From a candidate division FCPU426 bacterium (lineage in GTDB: Bacteria; Oederibacteriota; Muellerivitia; Muellerivitales; Muellerivitaceae), in NCBI GenBank assembly GCA_963738405.1, contig CAVTWJ010000021.1, forward strand, positions 41,298-105,297: a stretch of DNA of 64,000 bases, read 5' to 3'. Position numbers and translations under genes: made by a program. This document shows, piece by piece, positions 18,340 to 28,938 of the stretch; within the stretch, counting starts at the first letter, position 1; each line of letters opens with the position of its first letter. The notes under the pieces are model-generated. The model was not told the origin of the DNA. It saw nothing but the letters and a program-made list of their open reading frames with translations, and searched no databases.

Positions 18340-19068
18340 TTAATTGGCGGAAAGGGGGTCCAAAATGGCCGAAAGTACCCTTGGTTTATCGGTCAAATCC
18401 CTAAAAACAAAGTCGGGGGATTCGGCTTGAAGCTGTTCCAGGGTGTAATTACTGCTCGCGACCGCAAGGGTACGGACCCCCAGGGGCCTCCCGCAAAGCA
18501 CATCGTTGGGGGTATCACCAATGATCACGATCTCTTTCCCCTTAAAATCCTGTCCCGTTAGACGTTTGGCTTCGGCCACGGCCCGGGGCGGCAGATCGGC
18601 CCGGTTTCGGGTTCCATCGCCAAAGGCCCCGAAAGAAAAATAGTGGTTCAGCTTATGGGTTTCCAGCTTCCACCGGGCGCCTTCCTCGAAATTGCCGGTC
18701 AGTAAACCCAACAACAGTTCTTTCCGGGGTTCCAATTCGGCCAGCAGTTCCTTCACACCGGGCTTCAACTGTACATGCTGGGGGCCCTTCACCCTTTCCT
18801 TCAGGCTTCTCAAGTATCTTTTCTGTATGACGGGCAGGGCCTTGGCAAAATCCTCTTCCGAAACATTATTGCCATCCAGAAGTTCCCAAATGATTTGCGG
18901 GTCGGTTTTTCCCCCCGCCCGATACCGGGAGGCGTCCACCTTCACAGGGATATTCATTTCCCTAAAGGAAACCTCGATGGAACTGGTGAAGGGCTCTTCC
19001 CAACCCTTGCGGTAGGTGCTGAGAAGCGTTCCGTCGATATCGAAAAGGACCAGCCTGGTAGGAGTCAT
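18340..19068 (-). CDS. HAD-superfamily hydrolase (phosphoglycolate phosphatase-like)
   Basis: FDIDGTLL, GKTD, LLTGN, IGDTPND; ATG immediately after the thyX stop. Confidence 0.88.
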   Translation of the reverse strand: MTPTRLVLFDIDGTLLSTYRKGWEEPFTSSIEVSFREMNIPVKVDASRYRAGGKTDPQIIWELLDGNNVSEEDFAKALPVIQKRYLRSLKERVKGPQHVQLKPGVKELLAELEPRKELLLGLLTGNFEEGARWKLETHKLNHYFSFGAFGDGTRNRADLPPRAVAEAKRLTGQDFKGKEIVIIGDTPNDVLCGRPLGVRTLAVASSNYTLEQLQAESPDFVFRDLTDKPRVLSAILDPLSAN

Positions 19069-19070
19069 AA

Positions 19071-20669
19071 TTAAATTACCCTTTGGTATTCGTTTAGGTC
19101 TTTTTTCCAAACCACCACCCCGCAAAAGCGCTCCCCTTCGGGACAAACGGGGATAGTTCCGGCCCGGCTTCGAAGCCCGCAGGGAGGCAATAACCACTTG
19201 CCGATGCGGGGATGGGTTTCCCGCACCTGCTTGGCCTCATCCAACGAGGCCTTCCATATCTCTTCTTGGGCGTTGTAGCAAAGCCTCATGGCGTGCTTGT
19301 GGTGAAGATTGAGGAGGTCTGAAGATTCGGTAAACCGCACCGCCACGGCGTTAGGAAGAAGATAGGCTGCGAACTCATCCGAGACACCCATCTTTTTTAA
19401 CCTGACGATTCCATCCCAGGTGCGATCCATAATTTCAGCGTATTCCTTTTTCAATGCCGGGTCCTGCTCCAGCAAGACTGGCACCAGGTAATCGGGCTCG
19501 TCCAGCGTGAGAGCGTAAAGGGCAGGGCGGGAAGCCGGGGTCATGCGGTGGCGTTGGTCCTGGGAATCCCCGGTATGGGAAAGTTTTTTTCGGAAGGTGT
19601 AGTGGGGATGGAAGAGCGCCCGGGAAAGCTTGCTGTGGGTAGTGACATTCAGGGTCTCGCCCAGGTACTTGTTTTTTCCAGGGTCCAACGCCAATTCAAT
19701 GGCCTCGTCATCGGAAAGGGCGGAAGCGGGCAGGCCAAAAACCTCTCGGACTGAGGAGGCTAACATCCTCTCGCCTTCTTTTGAATAATCCACTAGCTTG
19801 GAGGTATAACCCTCCAGCGAGGCGTCGAATTCTTCCCGGAATCGCTTATGGGTCTGGGCCGAGGTTTTAAAAACTTCTTCCATCCTAAATTCGGCGGTCT
19901 GCTCGGGCTCCAGCGGCCTTTCCAATACGGCCTTGTATTCGGGGGCGATGGCCAAAACCTCCTCCACCATCTTCCCGACCACCAGCCGCTGTTCCAGGGG
20001 CGTGTCCAAAGTCTGGCAAAGGCGCCAATAACGCAAAAGGGTGAGCCCCGAGACCGTGTGGTAAAGATAGGCGAAGGCCGCCACCGGCAGTACGTAACGT
20101 GCCACTTCCTGCGATTTTTTCTGCACCGCCCCCGAGGCCTTCTTGCCGTGGGGGTCGATCTTCTTGAAGCGGACAAAATATTCCCGCTCGACCAGGAGCT
20201 TCAGCTTTTCCGTTAGAGCTTGGTAGCTTTGGGCCTGAAAGGCCGCCGTCTCCCGGTAAATCTTCTCGGCGTCCCCCGCCAGAGGCGGAACGGCCATCTG
20301 GGTCGGGTCTACGGTGACATAACGCTGGGACACCTGCTCCGAATTGTAAAAGGGATGGCTGTGCAGGAAGCTCCAGATGAACTGGCGCGAGACGTTTTCC
20401 AGGGCGAATTGAAAGTGGGCGTGCTGGAGGGTGGTGTGGTGACCCGCCTTGTAAATGGATTTGGCCAGGTCGTCGCGCTTTTTGAGGCGCTCTTCCCGGG
20501 CGGACCCCTCCAGCCCCGCGCCCATGACCTGCTCGGTAGTGATGATGCCCTTGCTGGAATAGCAGGTCCGAGCCGTCGCCACCGCGTTATCGAAGGGTTT
20601 GTGGAAAGCGTTGACGAGGGTGACTTTGGGGGAAGCGGAAAGAAAGGAGGATTCGGTCATTTCGGTCAT
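19071..20669 (-). CDS. thyX: Flavin-dependent thymidylate synthase, tandem two-domain form
   Basis: GHHTTLQH, SEQVSQRY and ARYVLP in domain 1; QRHR, YLLPNA, RLCYNAQEEI and C-terminal CPEG in domain 2. Confidence 0.85.
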   Translation of the reverse strand: MTEMTESSFLSASPKVTLVNAFHKPFDNAVATARTCYSSKGIITTEQVMGAGLEGSAREERLKKRDDLAKSIYKAGHHTTLQHAHFQFALENVSRQFIWSFLHSHPFYNSEQVSQRYVTVDPTQMAVPPLAGDAEKIYRETAAFQAQSYQALTEKLKLLVEREYFVRFKKIDPHGKKASGAVQKKSQEVARYVLPVAAFAYLYHTVSGLTLLRYWRLCQTLDTPLEQRLVVGKMVEEVLAIAPEYKAVLERPLEPEQTAEFRMEEVFKTSAQTHKRFREEFDASLEGYTSKLVDYSKEGERMLASSVREVFGLPASALSDDEAIELALDPGKNKYLGETLNVTTHSKLSRALFHPHYTFRKKLSHTGDSQDQRHRMTPASRPALYALTLDEPDYLVPVLLEQDPALKKEYAEIMDRTWDGIVRLKKMGVSDEFAAYLLPNAVAVRFTESSDLLNLHHKHAMRLCYNAQEEIWKASLDEAKQVRETHPRIGKWLLPPCGLRSRAGTIPVCPEGERFCGVVVWKKDLNEYQRVI

Positions 20670-20839
20670 GGCCTTTTCAAAGGGGGGCTGTCAAAGCGGT
20701 TCATTTTAACGGAGGCTTCTTCCCAAAGTCACGGGGCAAAACCCAGGCGGGCTCGGTATCTCGTCCCGTTCGGGGTTGGCCCGTTGAAAAAGGTATAATA
20801 ACTCCGCCTCATCGACATCCGACTAAAGGACCCCAAGGT

Positions 20840-22732
20840 TTGGACCTTTCTTACACGAAACAAGACCGAACCCCGATCCCTCAAGCTCTCCCTTTTCCAC
20901 TCGGGATGGGTGTTTTGCTTTTTCTGGTTTGCTTTGAGCTCTACCTCACCCATCTGACTCCCCTATTCATGGATGACGACTCGCCTGAAACCATCACCGC
21001 GGCCTTTAGCCTAGGGCTTCAGCACCCTCCCGGTTACGCCCTTTTATCCCTGACCCAGCGCCTCTTATGCCTCCTCCCCGTGGGAAATCCAGGCTTCCGA
21101 ATCAATCTGGGTTCGGCCTGTTTGGGAGCGGCCAACACGGTTTTGATCCTCTTTTTAAGCCGGAAGATATTCCAACGGCTCATCCCCGGCGGGTTTGGAC
21201 CCTTCTCCGTTTTTCCAGCCGGAATCTGCTCCCTTTGCGCGGCCCTGATCCCTGCCTTCTCACCGACCTTTTGGGAAAAATCCTTGGGAGCCAAGGGGTT
21301 CCTCTATCAGGGGGCCAGCTCCCTGGCGCTTTTGATGCTCGCCTGCCTTTTGAAGGACAGCGCTCAAGGGGGGGACAAGGATTCAAGTTCCCGCTCCAGC
21401 TCCTGGTTCCTTTTAGCCGTTCTTCTTTTTGGTCTTGGTTTTGGGTGGCATTGGGAAACCCAGGTCTTATTTATTCCTATTCTTTTCATGTTTAAAAAAC
21501 CATTCCCAAAAGACTCCCTCTTAAAACCTTGCGCGATGGGTCTCTCCTTTCTTTTAACCGGCGCCTCCGTTTTGCTTTATTTGCCGGTAAGGGCCCGCCT
21601 CCATCCGGTTTTAGACCTGGGAGAACCGGTGAATGCGCGGCTCTTTATGGACGATTTTTTCCGTTATTACACCAGCCAGCATGATTTAGGCTTGGCTTCC
21701 ACCTTTTGGGGCGTCCTGAGGGGCCAACTTCCCTGGCTTCGATTAAGTCAATTGTTCCAAACCATCCTCGACATTCAAGGGCGCGCCATCACAAGGCATC
21801 TATGGGGGGAAATCGGGCCCGGAGTCCTCCTTTTAGCCTTGCTCGGCTTGATTGTTTGGATGAAATCCAAGGAGCGCAGAATGCTTTGGGCCCTTTCCAC
21901 TCCCCTTGTTTTACTGGCATTGGCCCTCTGTTCCGCTTCCTGGATTCCCTCCGGCCCCCTGGCCGACTGGTACGTGGATAACTTCCTATTACCCTTCAAT
22001 TGGGGCGCGGGGCTTTTCGCGGGAGTGGGCCTCTATGCCTTAGGGATTCGAGCGGGCGGTTTGCTTGCCTCCAAGAGCCGATGGAAATGGTTGGGAAGTT
22101 TTTTCGCCTTGGCCGTCCTGCCTCTACCCCCTCTTCTCCAACAAGAGACAGGGGCGGACCTTTCCCATCAGGTCCTTCGTTATGATTACGGGGTCAACCT
22201 CATGAAGTCCCTGCCAAAAAATACCGTGTTTTTAGCCGAAGCGGACGAAGACTATTTCACCCTCTATTACCTTCAAATCGTTGAAAAAAAGCGCCCCGAC
22301 ATCTCTATGGTCCCCGCCTTTACCCTGTTCGAGACCTGGGGCGTGGAGCAGGCGGAAGGGTTTTATCCCGAGCTCGGGCTCACCGACAGGCCCCAGGCTT
22401 ACCCCGACCCTTATCATCGGATCGAATCCGCCCTTTCCGAAATTGTGGGGAACAACCTCGGCCGGCGCCCCATCGGTTATTCCTATTTTGAGGGAGCCTT
22501 CCACCGCTATTACCTTTCCAGCCATCCTTCCCTTCTAGCGGAAAAATCCGGGATCGCGCTGCTCTTGGCTCCCCCCAACCGGAAAACTATTCCCGCCCTT
22601 TCCCTGGGTCAAATCCGAGCCAGGCATTGGAGCACCAATCCTTCGAACACTCATCCCACGCTTCAAGGAATCTGGACCGTGTACAACTTGGCGGCGCAAA
22701 GCACCCCATCCGGGCAGTCCGATGGCCATTAG
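20840..22732 (+). CDS. DUF2723/TMEM260-like GT-C membrane glycosyltransferase
   Basis: DDSPE...LGLQHPPGY motif, multiple TMs, YLPVRA, C-terminal YLQIVEKKRPD. Confidence 0.85.
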   Translation: MDLSYTKQDRTPIPQALPFPLGMGVLLFLVCFELYLTHLTPLFMDDDSPETITAAFSLGLQHPPGYALLSLTQRLLCLLPVGNPGFRINLGSACLGAANTVLILFLSRKIFQRLIPGGFGPFSVFPAGICSLCAALIPAFSPTFWEKSLGAKGFLYQGASSLALLMLACLLKDSAQGGDKDSSSRSSSWFLLAVLLFGLGFGWHWETQVLFIPILFMFKKPFPKDSLLKPCAMGLSFLLTGASVLLYLPVRARLHPVLDLGEPVNARLFMDDFFRYYTSQHDLGLASTFWGVLRGQLPWLRLSQLFQTILDIQGRAITRHLWGEIGPGVLLLALLGLIVWMKSKERRMLWALSTPLVLLALALCSASWIPSGPLADWYVDNFLLPFNWGAGLFAGVGLYALGIRAGGLLASKSRWKWLGSFFALAVLPLPPLLQQETGADLSHQVLRYDYGVNLMKSLPKNTVFLAEADEDYFTLYYLQIVEKKRPDISMVPAFTLFETWGVEQAEGFYPELGLTDRPQAYPDPYHRIESALSEIVGNNLGRRPIGYSYFEGAFHRYYLSSHPSLLAEKSGIALLLAPPNRKTIPALSLGQIRARHWSTNPSNTHPTLQGIWTVYNLAAQSTPSGQSDGH

Positions 22733-24947
22733 CCCTCCCCTCCAGATCAACCCCTGGAAGGCCCCCCCATCACGGGGTTTCGGGGGATATGGAACCTATG
22801 CGGCCCTGCTAGGCGTAATCATCCTAGCGATTTTTGGGGATCTGTTCTGGGGACGAAACCATTTGATTTTTTCCAATTTCGGTTCGGACCTGGTTCCTTT
22901 TTATCTTCCCGACCGGGAATTTGGCTTTTCCCAGCTCCGCCAGGGCCACATTCCCTTTTGGAACCCCTATGTCTATTCGGGGAGCCCCTATTTCATCGAT
23001 TTCCAAAACGCCCTTTTTTATCCCCCCAATTGGATTTTTCTTTTCTTGGACACACGCATCGCGATCAACACCAGTATCGTCATGCATGTTTTTATGGCCG
23101 GATTGTTCGCGTTTCTTTGGTTCGCCCACCGGCGTTTGCATCCGGCCGCCTGTCTGCTGGGCGGCGTTGTTTTCATGCTGTGCGGGCCCTACTATCTCCA
23201 AATTTCCGAGGGGCACCTTTCCAATTTCTGTACCATGACCTGGATTCCGTTGATCCTTTTGGCCGTCGAGGGCTGGAGGGAAAACCGCACGACCCGATGG
23301 CTGGCCCTGGGGGTCCTTTCCGTCACCCTGCAGATACTGGCGGGCCATCCCCAATATGTTTTTTACACTTTTCTGGCCGTGGGGGCCTATGGTTTGGTCC
23401 TGCTTCCCGGAACAAAAGGAAAATGGAAATTTCTGGCGGGGCTGGCTTTCTTCTACCTTTTCAGCGCCTGCCTGGTGGCGGTTCAACTGCTTCCGACCCT
23501 TTTCTCGCTTCCTGAAACGCTCCGGGGCCACGGATTCCAAATGGAAGAGGTCTATTCCTTTTCCCTTCCGCCAGAAAATATCCTGACCCTTTTTCTGCCC
23601 CAAATTTGGGGCGGTGCCATGGATTATTTCGGAAGGGGGGATTACGGCGAAACCTCCCTTTTCATGGGGGTCACGGCCTTCTGGCTGTCCCTGACAGGCC
23701 TGTTTCTTTCTCCCAAGGAAAGCCGGATTCCATTCCTTCTGGCCTTTTTGGCCTTTTTGTTGGCGTTGGGGCCCCAAACCTTCTTATTTCGGGGGCTCTT
23801 CGATCTCTTTCCCTTTTCCCAGGGATTCCGTGCCGCCTATCGGTTCGGGCTCTTCACTCCCTTCTTTTTGGGGATCACGGCGGTGCTGCAGCTTCACCGC
23901 CTTTTTCAAGGCGAGAAAGTGCCAAGGTTTTTGCCGCTTCTGGCCGGGGCGATGGGCGGTATCAGCCTTCTTTCCGTTCCCTTTTTCCCGGCCTTGTATA
24001 TGTCGAGTCTCATCCGATTCGGCCTCTTAAGCCTTCTTTTTGCCGCCAGCCTTTGGGCGGCTGAAAAAACCAGACGCGGACGAAATTCACTTCTTTTTCT
24101 TTTGGTGCTGATCGGTTTATGTGAGCTCATCCTTTTCGCCAGGGATAACCGCCCCGTATTCGATTATCGCCAGTTTGAGGCCCGGCAATCCGCCTTGAAT
24201 ACCCTTTCCCTCTCGATTCCCGCGGATGCCCGAATCTACGCCCCCTTTGGGGACACCGTCGGTCCTTTCGACCAGGGGATTTGGGGCTTTAACAACATGG
24301 TGCTTTACCGATACGCCCGGTTCATTGGAGCCAGCCAGGGACTGCCCGCCTATGTCCCAATTGCCCACCCGATTCACCGGGATGGTCCCCCGCTGGGACT
24401 ATTGAGATATGGTTATCGGGTGGAGGATTCCTTTAAGGGAATCCAGGCCATTCCTACCCATTTAAAGTTGATGAAAAGGGCCCAGTTCATCGATGGGTTT
24501 GAGATAAAAAAAGGAGAAAATGAAATCATCAGCGGGCTTTTGGACAGCCGTTTCGATCCCGCGCGAAAGGTTCTTCTCGAGGAACCTCCGGTTCCCATGC
24601 CCATTCCTTCGGCCCATTTGGGAAGGGTTGAATTGAAAGACCTTTCAACGGACGAAGTGGAAATATGGGCGGACCTGGACCATCCCTCGATCCTCTTGTT
24701 GAGCGACAGTTACTCCAAGGGATGGTCGATCCAGCCCCTGGACCCTGGCGCTCCACAGCCATACCGGATTCTCCCCGCAGACCTGACGCTCAAGGCCGTT
24801 CCCCTCACGGCGGGCCGCCACCATTTTCTGATGAGGTATATCCCTCCCTATTTCGAACTCGGGAAATGGATTTCTTTGGTTTCCCTCGCGGCTCTAGGAC
24901 TCTTCTTCGCGCGGATCTTTCAATTTCCACGGGAAACCCTCGATTAA
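22722..24947 (+). CDS. YfhO-family GT-C membrane protein
   Basis: GHIPFWNPYVYSGSP, FYPPN, AGHPQ, C-terminal LSDSYSKGW...AVPLTAGRH. Confidence 0.85.
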   Translation: MAISPPLQINPWKAPPSRGFGGYGTYAALLGVIILAIFGDLFWGRNHLIFSNFGSDLVPFYLPDREFGFSQLRQGHIPFWNPYVYSGSPYFIDFQNALFYPPNWIFLFLDTRIAINTSIVMHVFMAGLFAFLWFAHRRLHPAACLLGGVVFMLCGPYYLQISEGHLSNFCTMTWIPLILLAVEGWRENRTTRWLALGVLSVTLQILAGHPQYVFYTFLAVGAYGLVLLPGTKGKWKFLAGLAFFYLFSACLVAVQLLPTLFSLPETLRGHGFQMEEVYSFSLPPENILTLFLPQIWGGAMDYFGRGDYGETSLFMGVTAFWLSLTGLFLSPKESRIPFLLAFLAFLLALGPQTFLFRGLFDLFPFSQGFRAAYRFGLFTPFFLGITAVLQLHRLFQGEKVPRFLPLLAGAMGGISLLSVPFFPALYMSSLIRFGLLSLLFAASLWAAEKTRRGRNSLLFLLVLIGLCELILFARDNRPVFDYRQFEARQSALNTLSLSIPADARIYAPFGDTVGPFDQGIWGFNNMVLYRYARFIGASQGLPAYVPIAHPIHRDGPPLGLLRYGYRVEDSFKGIQAIPTHLKLMKRAQFIDGFEIKKGENEIISGLLDSRFDPARKVLLEEPPVPMPIPSAHLGRVELKDLSTDEVEIWADLDHPSILLLSDSYSKGWSIQPLDPGAPQPYRILPADLTLKAVPLTAGRHHFLMRYIPPYFELGKWISLVSLAALGLFFARIFQFPRETLD

Positions 24948-25034
24948 AAGCGCCGTGGTTTAAAGGCCCTCTTGCTTCGGTTGTTCCAAGGCTTTTAAGA
25001 TGATTTTAAATCCATTCAAAAGGCATCAATAATT

Positions 25035-26468
25035 ATGTCTTCCAAACCAGAGACTTTAGGCGCACTTCGGGCGGCCTCCTATCCTGATCGATCCATCAAG
25101 GAAGAGCTGGAGCACAACCTGCTCAAGCATCTGAAGACGGGACAACCCCTCTTTCCGGAGATTCACGGCTACGAGGAAACGGTGGTGCCCCAGCTCATCA
25201 ACGCCATCCTGTCCCATCACGACATGGTGTTTTTGGGGGAAAAAGGACAAGCCAAAAGCCGCCTCATGCGGTCCCTGACTCAGTTTTTGGATGAGGAAAT
25301 CCCTGTCGTGAAGGGCTGTGAGATTCACGACCATCCCTATCACCCCATCTGCGCGGCCTGCCGGAAGAAACAAAAGGAAAAGGGCGACAACCTGGAGATC
25401 GAATGGGTTGGCAGGGATTCGCGCTACGGCGAGCGCCTTTCCCCCGGCACCAAGATCGCCGACTTGATCGGCGACCTGGACCCGGCCAAGGTAGCCGCGG
25501 GCAACCCCTTGGCCAGCGAGGAAGCCATCCATTTCGGCCTGATCCCCCGCATGAACCGGGGCATCTTCGCCGTGAACGAACTGCCCGACTTGGAATACCT
25601 GGTTCAGGTGGCGCTCTTCAATATTTTGGAGGAAAGGGACATCCAGGTTCGGGGCTACCCCATCCGTTTCGACCTGGACCTGCTTTTACTTTTCACTGCC
25701 AATCCGGAAGAATACACCCGCGCGGGCAAGATCATCACCCAGCTCAAGGACCGCATCGGAGCCGAAATCCGGACCCACTACCCCCTCACCCGGGAACTGG
25801 GCATCAAGATCATGGAACAGGAAGCCCACCTGCCCCAGGATGATGAGGTCAAGCTGACCATCCCCGATTTCATGACCCAGATTATCGAGCAAATCACCTT
25901 GGAAGCCCGAAAGAGCCCCTACGTGAACCAGAAATCGGGCGTGTCAGCCCGTCTCTCGATCGCCAATTACGAAACCATGGTGGCCAATTCCAGGCGCCGG
26001 GCCTATGTGCTGGGTGAAAAGGAAGCGGTCCCCCGTATGTCGGACTTGGCTTACCTTTACACCTCCACCTCGGGAAAAATTGAGCTGGACCCCTTCCGCG
26101 AGGAAACCGTCACCGAATTCCAGGTTTTCTCCAAGCTCATGGACAAAGCGGTGGCACAGGTGTTCAAGGAACATATGGATGCGGCCCATCTGGAGGCGGG
26201 CGTGCCCGATTTAAGCGGCGAGAAGCATATTCGCGTGTCCGACCTCACCCCCGCCAACCAGTACAAAGACGTCATTTCACAGCTGCCCCAGATCTGGGAG
26301 CCGGTCCATCACCTGGCCGATAAGAAATCGGAAGTGTACCAAGCTTCCTGCGTGGAATTTGTGCTGGAAGGTCTTCACCTTACCGGGAAATTATCGCGAG
26401 CCAAGGTGGGGGAATTTTTCGACTACCAGCCCACCGCAACCCCTAAGAAAAAAGCCGACAGATCTTAG
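25035..26468 (+). CDS. AAA+ ATPase (Mg-chelatase ChlI/MoxR-related)
   Basis: Variant Walker A GEKGQAKS, FAVNELPDL, ANPEEYT, LKDRIG, GVSARLSI. Confidence 0.88.
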   Translation: MSSKPETLGALRAASYPDRSIKEELEHNLLKHLKTGQPLFPEIHGYEETVVPQLINAILSHHDMVFLGEKGQAKSRLMRSLTQFLDEEIPVVKGCEIHDHPYHPICAACRKKQKEKGDNLEIEWVGRDSRYGERLSPGTKIADLIGDLDPAKVAAGNPLASEEAIHFGLIPRMNRGIFAVNELPDLEYLVQVALFNILEERDIQVRGYPIRFDLDLLLLFTANPEEYTRAGKIITQLKDRIGAEIRTHYPLTRELGIKIMEQEAHLPQDDEVKLTIPDFMTQIIEQITLEARKSPYVNQKSGVSARLSIANYETMVANSRRRAYVLGEKEAVPRMSDLAYLYTSTSGKIELDPFREETVTEFQVFSKLMDKAVAQVFKEHMDAAHLEAGVPDLSGEKHIRVSDLTPANQYKDVISQLPQIWEPVHHLADKKSEVYQASCVEFVLEGLHLTGKLSRAKVGEFFDYQPTATPKKKADRS

Positions 26469-26483
26469 GAACTTTGAGGACTC

Positions 26484-28232
26484 ATGATTACCCACGACTA
26501 TTTTGAATGGCGAGAGCCCGACGAGCCTCCTTTCACCATGCAGGACCTGGTGGACGCGGTGAAGGACCTCATGATGCAGTACCACGTCACCTTTGACGAG
26601 GCCCTGCGCCACCTGCAGGAACGCGGCATTCCCTACAACCAATTTCTCAAAATGAGCGGTCTGGAACAGCTCATCCAAGGTTTTAAGAACGAGCTTCAAA
26701 AACAAAAATCGGCCCTATTGGATCAATACCGTTTGGACGAGCTTTTGACCAGGCTGGAGGAGGAAATCCGGAGAGCCAAGACCTCCCTCGACCAGATATC
26801 CTCGAAGTGGAAAGACAAAAGCCTCCGGGACCAACTACAGGATTCCATGGGCCGCCGCGACCCCTCTTCCCTTTTCGGGATGGACTGGAAGATTTCCCGG
26901 TCCGGTGAAAAGGACGCAGGAGAAACCCGCCGCCAGCTGGAAGACCTGGTTCGCAAAATCCAACAGCTGCAAGCCCTAAGGGAACTCTACGAAAAATACG
27001 AATTCACCGGACCGAAAACCCCCACCTCCCAGGAAGCCGAAAGAATAAGGGAGAAGCTCCAACAGCTCCAGGATCTGGAGGACAAGCTCCAGGACGCTCT
27101 GGAATACGGGGACCTCTTCAACTTGGAAGCCGAAAGCCTGGAACAGATATTAGGCAAGGAAGCCGCCGAAGCCTTCGCGGCCAAAAGGGACGAACTGAAA
27201 CAGCAATTTACCGAGGCTCTCAAGTCCACCGGCGATGTGGACTACAACGAGGAAGAGGATATCTACAAAATCACGCCCGGCGCCGCCCGCAAGATCGGCG
27301 AAAAGGCCCTGAAAGAGGTTTATTCCCGGCTTTTCACCGACGGCGTGGGCCGCCACCACGCCACCTACACCGGCGACGGCAATGTGGAAATGACCACCAC
27401 CAAGCCCTTCGAGTTTGGGGATTCCCTGACCTCACTCGACCTTCCCTCCAGCCTCCTGAACTCCGCCATTCGGCAGTTGGGTTCGCCTTTAGCTCCGGAA
27501 GCAGGAAAAATCCACATCGACAGCCGGGATTTTATGGTACACGAAACCAAGGGGGCGGCCTCCACCGCCATTGTCATGCTGATTGACCAAAGCGGCTCCA
27601 TGTCCCGTTTCGGGCGCTTTTTCAACGCCAAAAAACTGGCCCTGGCCCTGGATGCCTTGATCCGAACCGAATACCCGGAGGACAAGCTGTCTTTTATTTG
27701 TTTTTCCACCTTCGCCAAACCAGTCGGGGTGGGCGCCATCCCCGAACTTTCCCCCAAGCCCGTGACCATGATGGGCGGGGCGGTCAATTTGAGAATTGAT
27801 TTTTCTAGGGAAGGCGCCGAACGCCAAAAGGCCATGATTCCGGAGCATTTCACCAATTTGCAAAAGGGTCTGGAACTGGCGCGGGTAAAGCTGGCGAACT
27901 CCGACACCCGAAACAAGAGCATCCTCCTGATCACCGATGGCGCCCCCACGGCTTTTTACGAAGGGTCCTGTCTTTATCTGACCTACCCACCCAACGAACG
28001 AACCTACGAGGCCACGATGCGGGAAGTACGCCGGGTGACTGACGACAAGATCACCATCAACACCTTCATGATGGGCAACGAGATGGATGGGGGCTTTTTC
28101 GGGGAGGGTGATTTTTTGGAGCAGATGCATAAGGTCAACCAAGGGCGCCTCATCTATCCGGCGCCCGATAAATTGACCCAATATGTTTTGAAGGATTACC
28201 TGGATCACAAGAACAAGATCATCCAGATCTGA
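26484..28232 (+). CDS. Coiled-coil + VWA domain protein, partner of the AAA+ ATPase
   Basis: MIDAS DQSGSMS, TNLQKGL, LITDG; adjacent and co-oriented. Confidence 0.88.
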   Translation: MITHDYFEWREPDEPPFTMQDLVDAVKDLMMQYHVTFDEALRHLQERGIPYNQFLKMSGLEQLIQGFKNELQKQKSALLDQYRLDELLTRLEEEIRRAKTSLDQISSKWKDKSLRDQLQDSMGRRDPSSLFGMDWKISRSGEKDAGETRRQLEDLVRKIQQLQALRELYEKYEFTGPKTPTSQEAERIREKLQQLQDLEDKLQDALEYGDLFNLEAESLEQILGKEAAEAFAAKRDELKQQFTEALKSTGDVDYNEEEDIYKITPGAARKIGEKALKEVYSRLFTDGVGRHHATYTGDGNVEMTTTKPFEFGDSLTSLDLPSSLLNSAIRQLGSPLAPEAGKIHIDSRDFMVHETKGAASTAIVMLIDQSGSMSRFGRFFNAKKLALALDALIRTEYPEDKLSFICFSTFAKPVGVGAIPELSPKPVTMMGGAVNLRIDFSREGAERQKAMIPEHFTNLQKGLELARVKLANSDTRNKSILLITDGAPTAFYEGSCLYLTYPPNERTYEATMREVRRVTDDKITINTFMMGNEMDGGFFGEGDFLEQMHKVNQGRLIYPAPDKLTQYVLKDYLDHKNKIIQI

Positions 28233-28236
28233 AGAG

Positions 28237-28938
28237 TTACCCGGCGTAATCCATGGCGTGGTACAGCCTGCCGCTTCCTTCTTTTTCTTCCAAAAGCACC
28301 GGCACAAGGGCTCCCGGCAGGACTTTATCGGGATCGTTGGGCGCGTTGGGTCCGCCCAGGTCCGTGCGAAGCCAACCCGGATCCATTAAATTCATCAAGA
28401 CACCTGTGCCTTCGAGGGTCTTGACCAGGTCGCGCACATAACGGTCCAATGCGGCCTTGGAACAGCTGTAGGGCATTAGTTCGGGCTGGTCGGCGATCCC
28501 CGAAGTCACGTTCACCACCCGGCCCCATTTTCTTTCAACCATTTTGGAGATAAATGCGTTACAGATCAGGGCCGGCACTGTCGAATTCACGAGGAAACTT
28601 TGGGTATATTCCTCCGCGGTGGCGCCGTACTTGTTTTCGCGCCACTTCGTCATGACGGCGGCGTTGTTATAAAGAATGTCGATGTGATCCCCCGAAATCC
28701 GTTTGGCCTCGGCGATTAAATGTTCCACCTGTTTGAGGTCGGATAGTTCGGCGGCCACCGCGTGAGCTTCCATGCCCTTGGCTTTCAGGTCTTCCAATAA
28801 CTTCTTGGTCCCTTCCAGGTTTCGGCTTTGCAAAATCAATTTACACCCTTGATCCGCCAGGGCTTTCGTAACCCGGACCCCCACGCCACGGCTCGCGCCG
28901 GTCAATAAGACCCATTTGTTTTTTATATTCACCGTCAT
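28237..28938 (-). CDS. Short-chain dehydrogenase/reductase
   Basis: TGASRGVG, NNAA, YSCSK, PGWLRTD. Confidence 0.93.
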   Translation of the reverse strand: MTVNIKNKWVLLTGASRGVGVRVTKALADQGCKLILQSRNLEGTKKLLEDLKAKGMEAHAVAAELSDLKQVEHLIAEAKRISGDHIDILYNNAAVMTKWRENKYGATAEEYTQSFLVNSTVPALICNAFISKMVERKWGRVVNVTSGIADQPELMPYSCSKAALDRYVRDLVKTLEGTGVLMNLMDPGWLRTDLGGPNAPNDPDKVLPGALVPVLLEEKEGSGRLYHAMDYAG

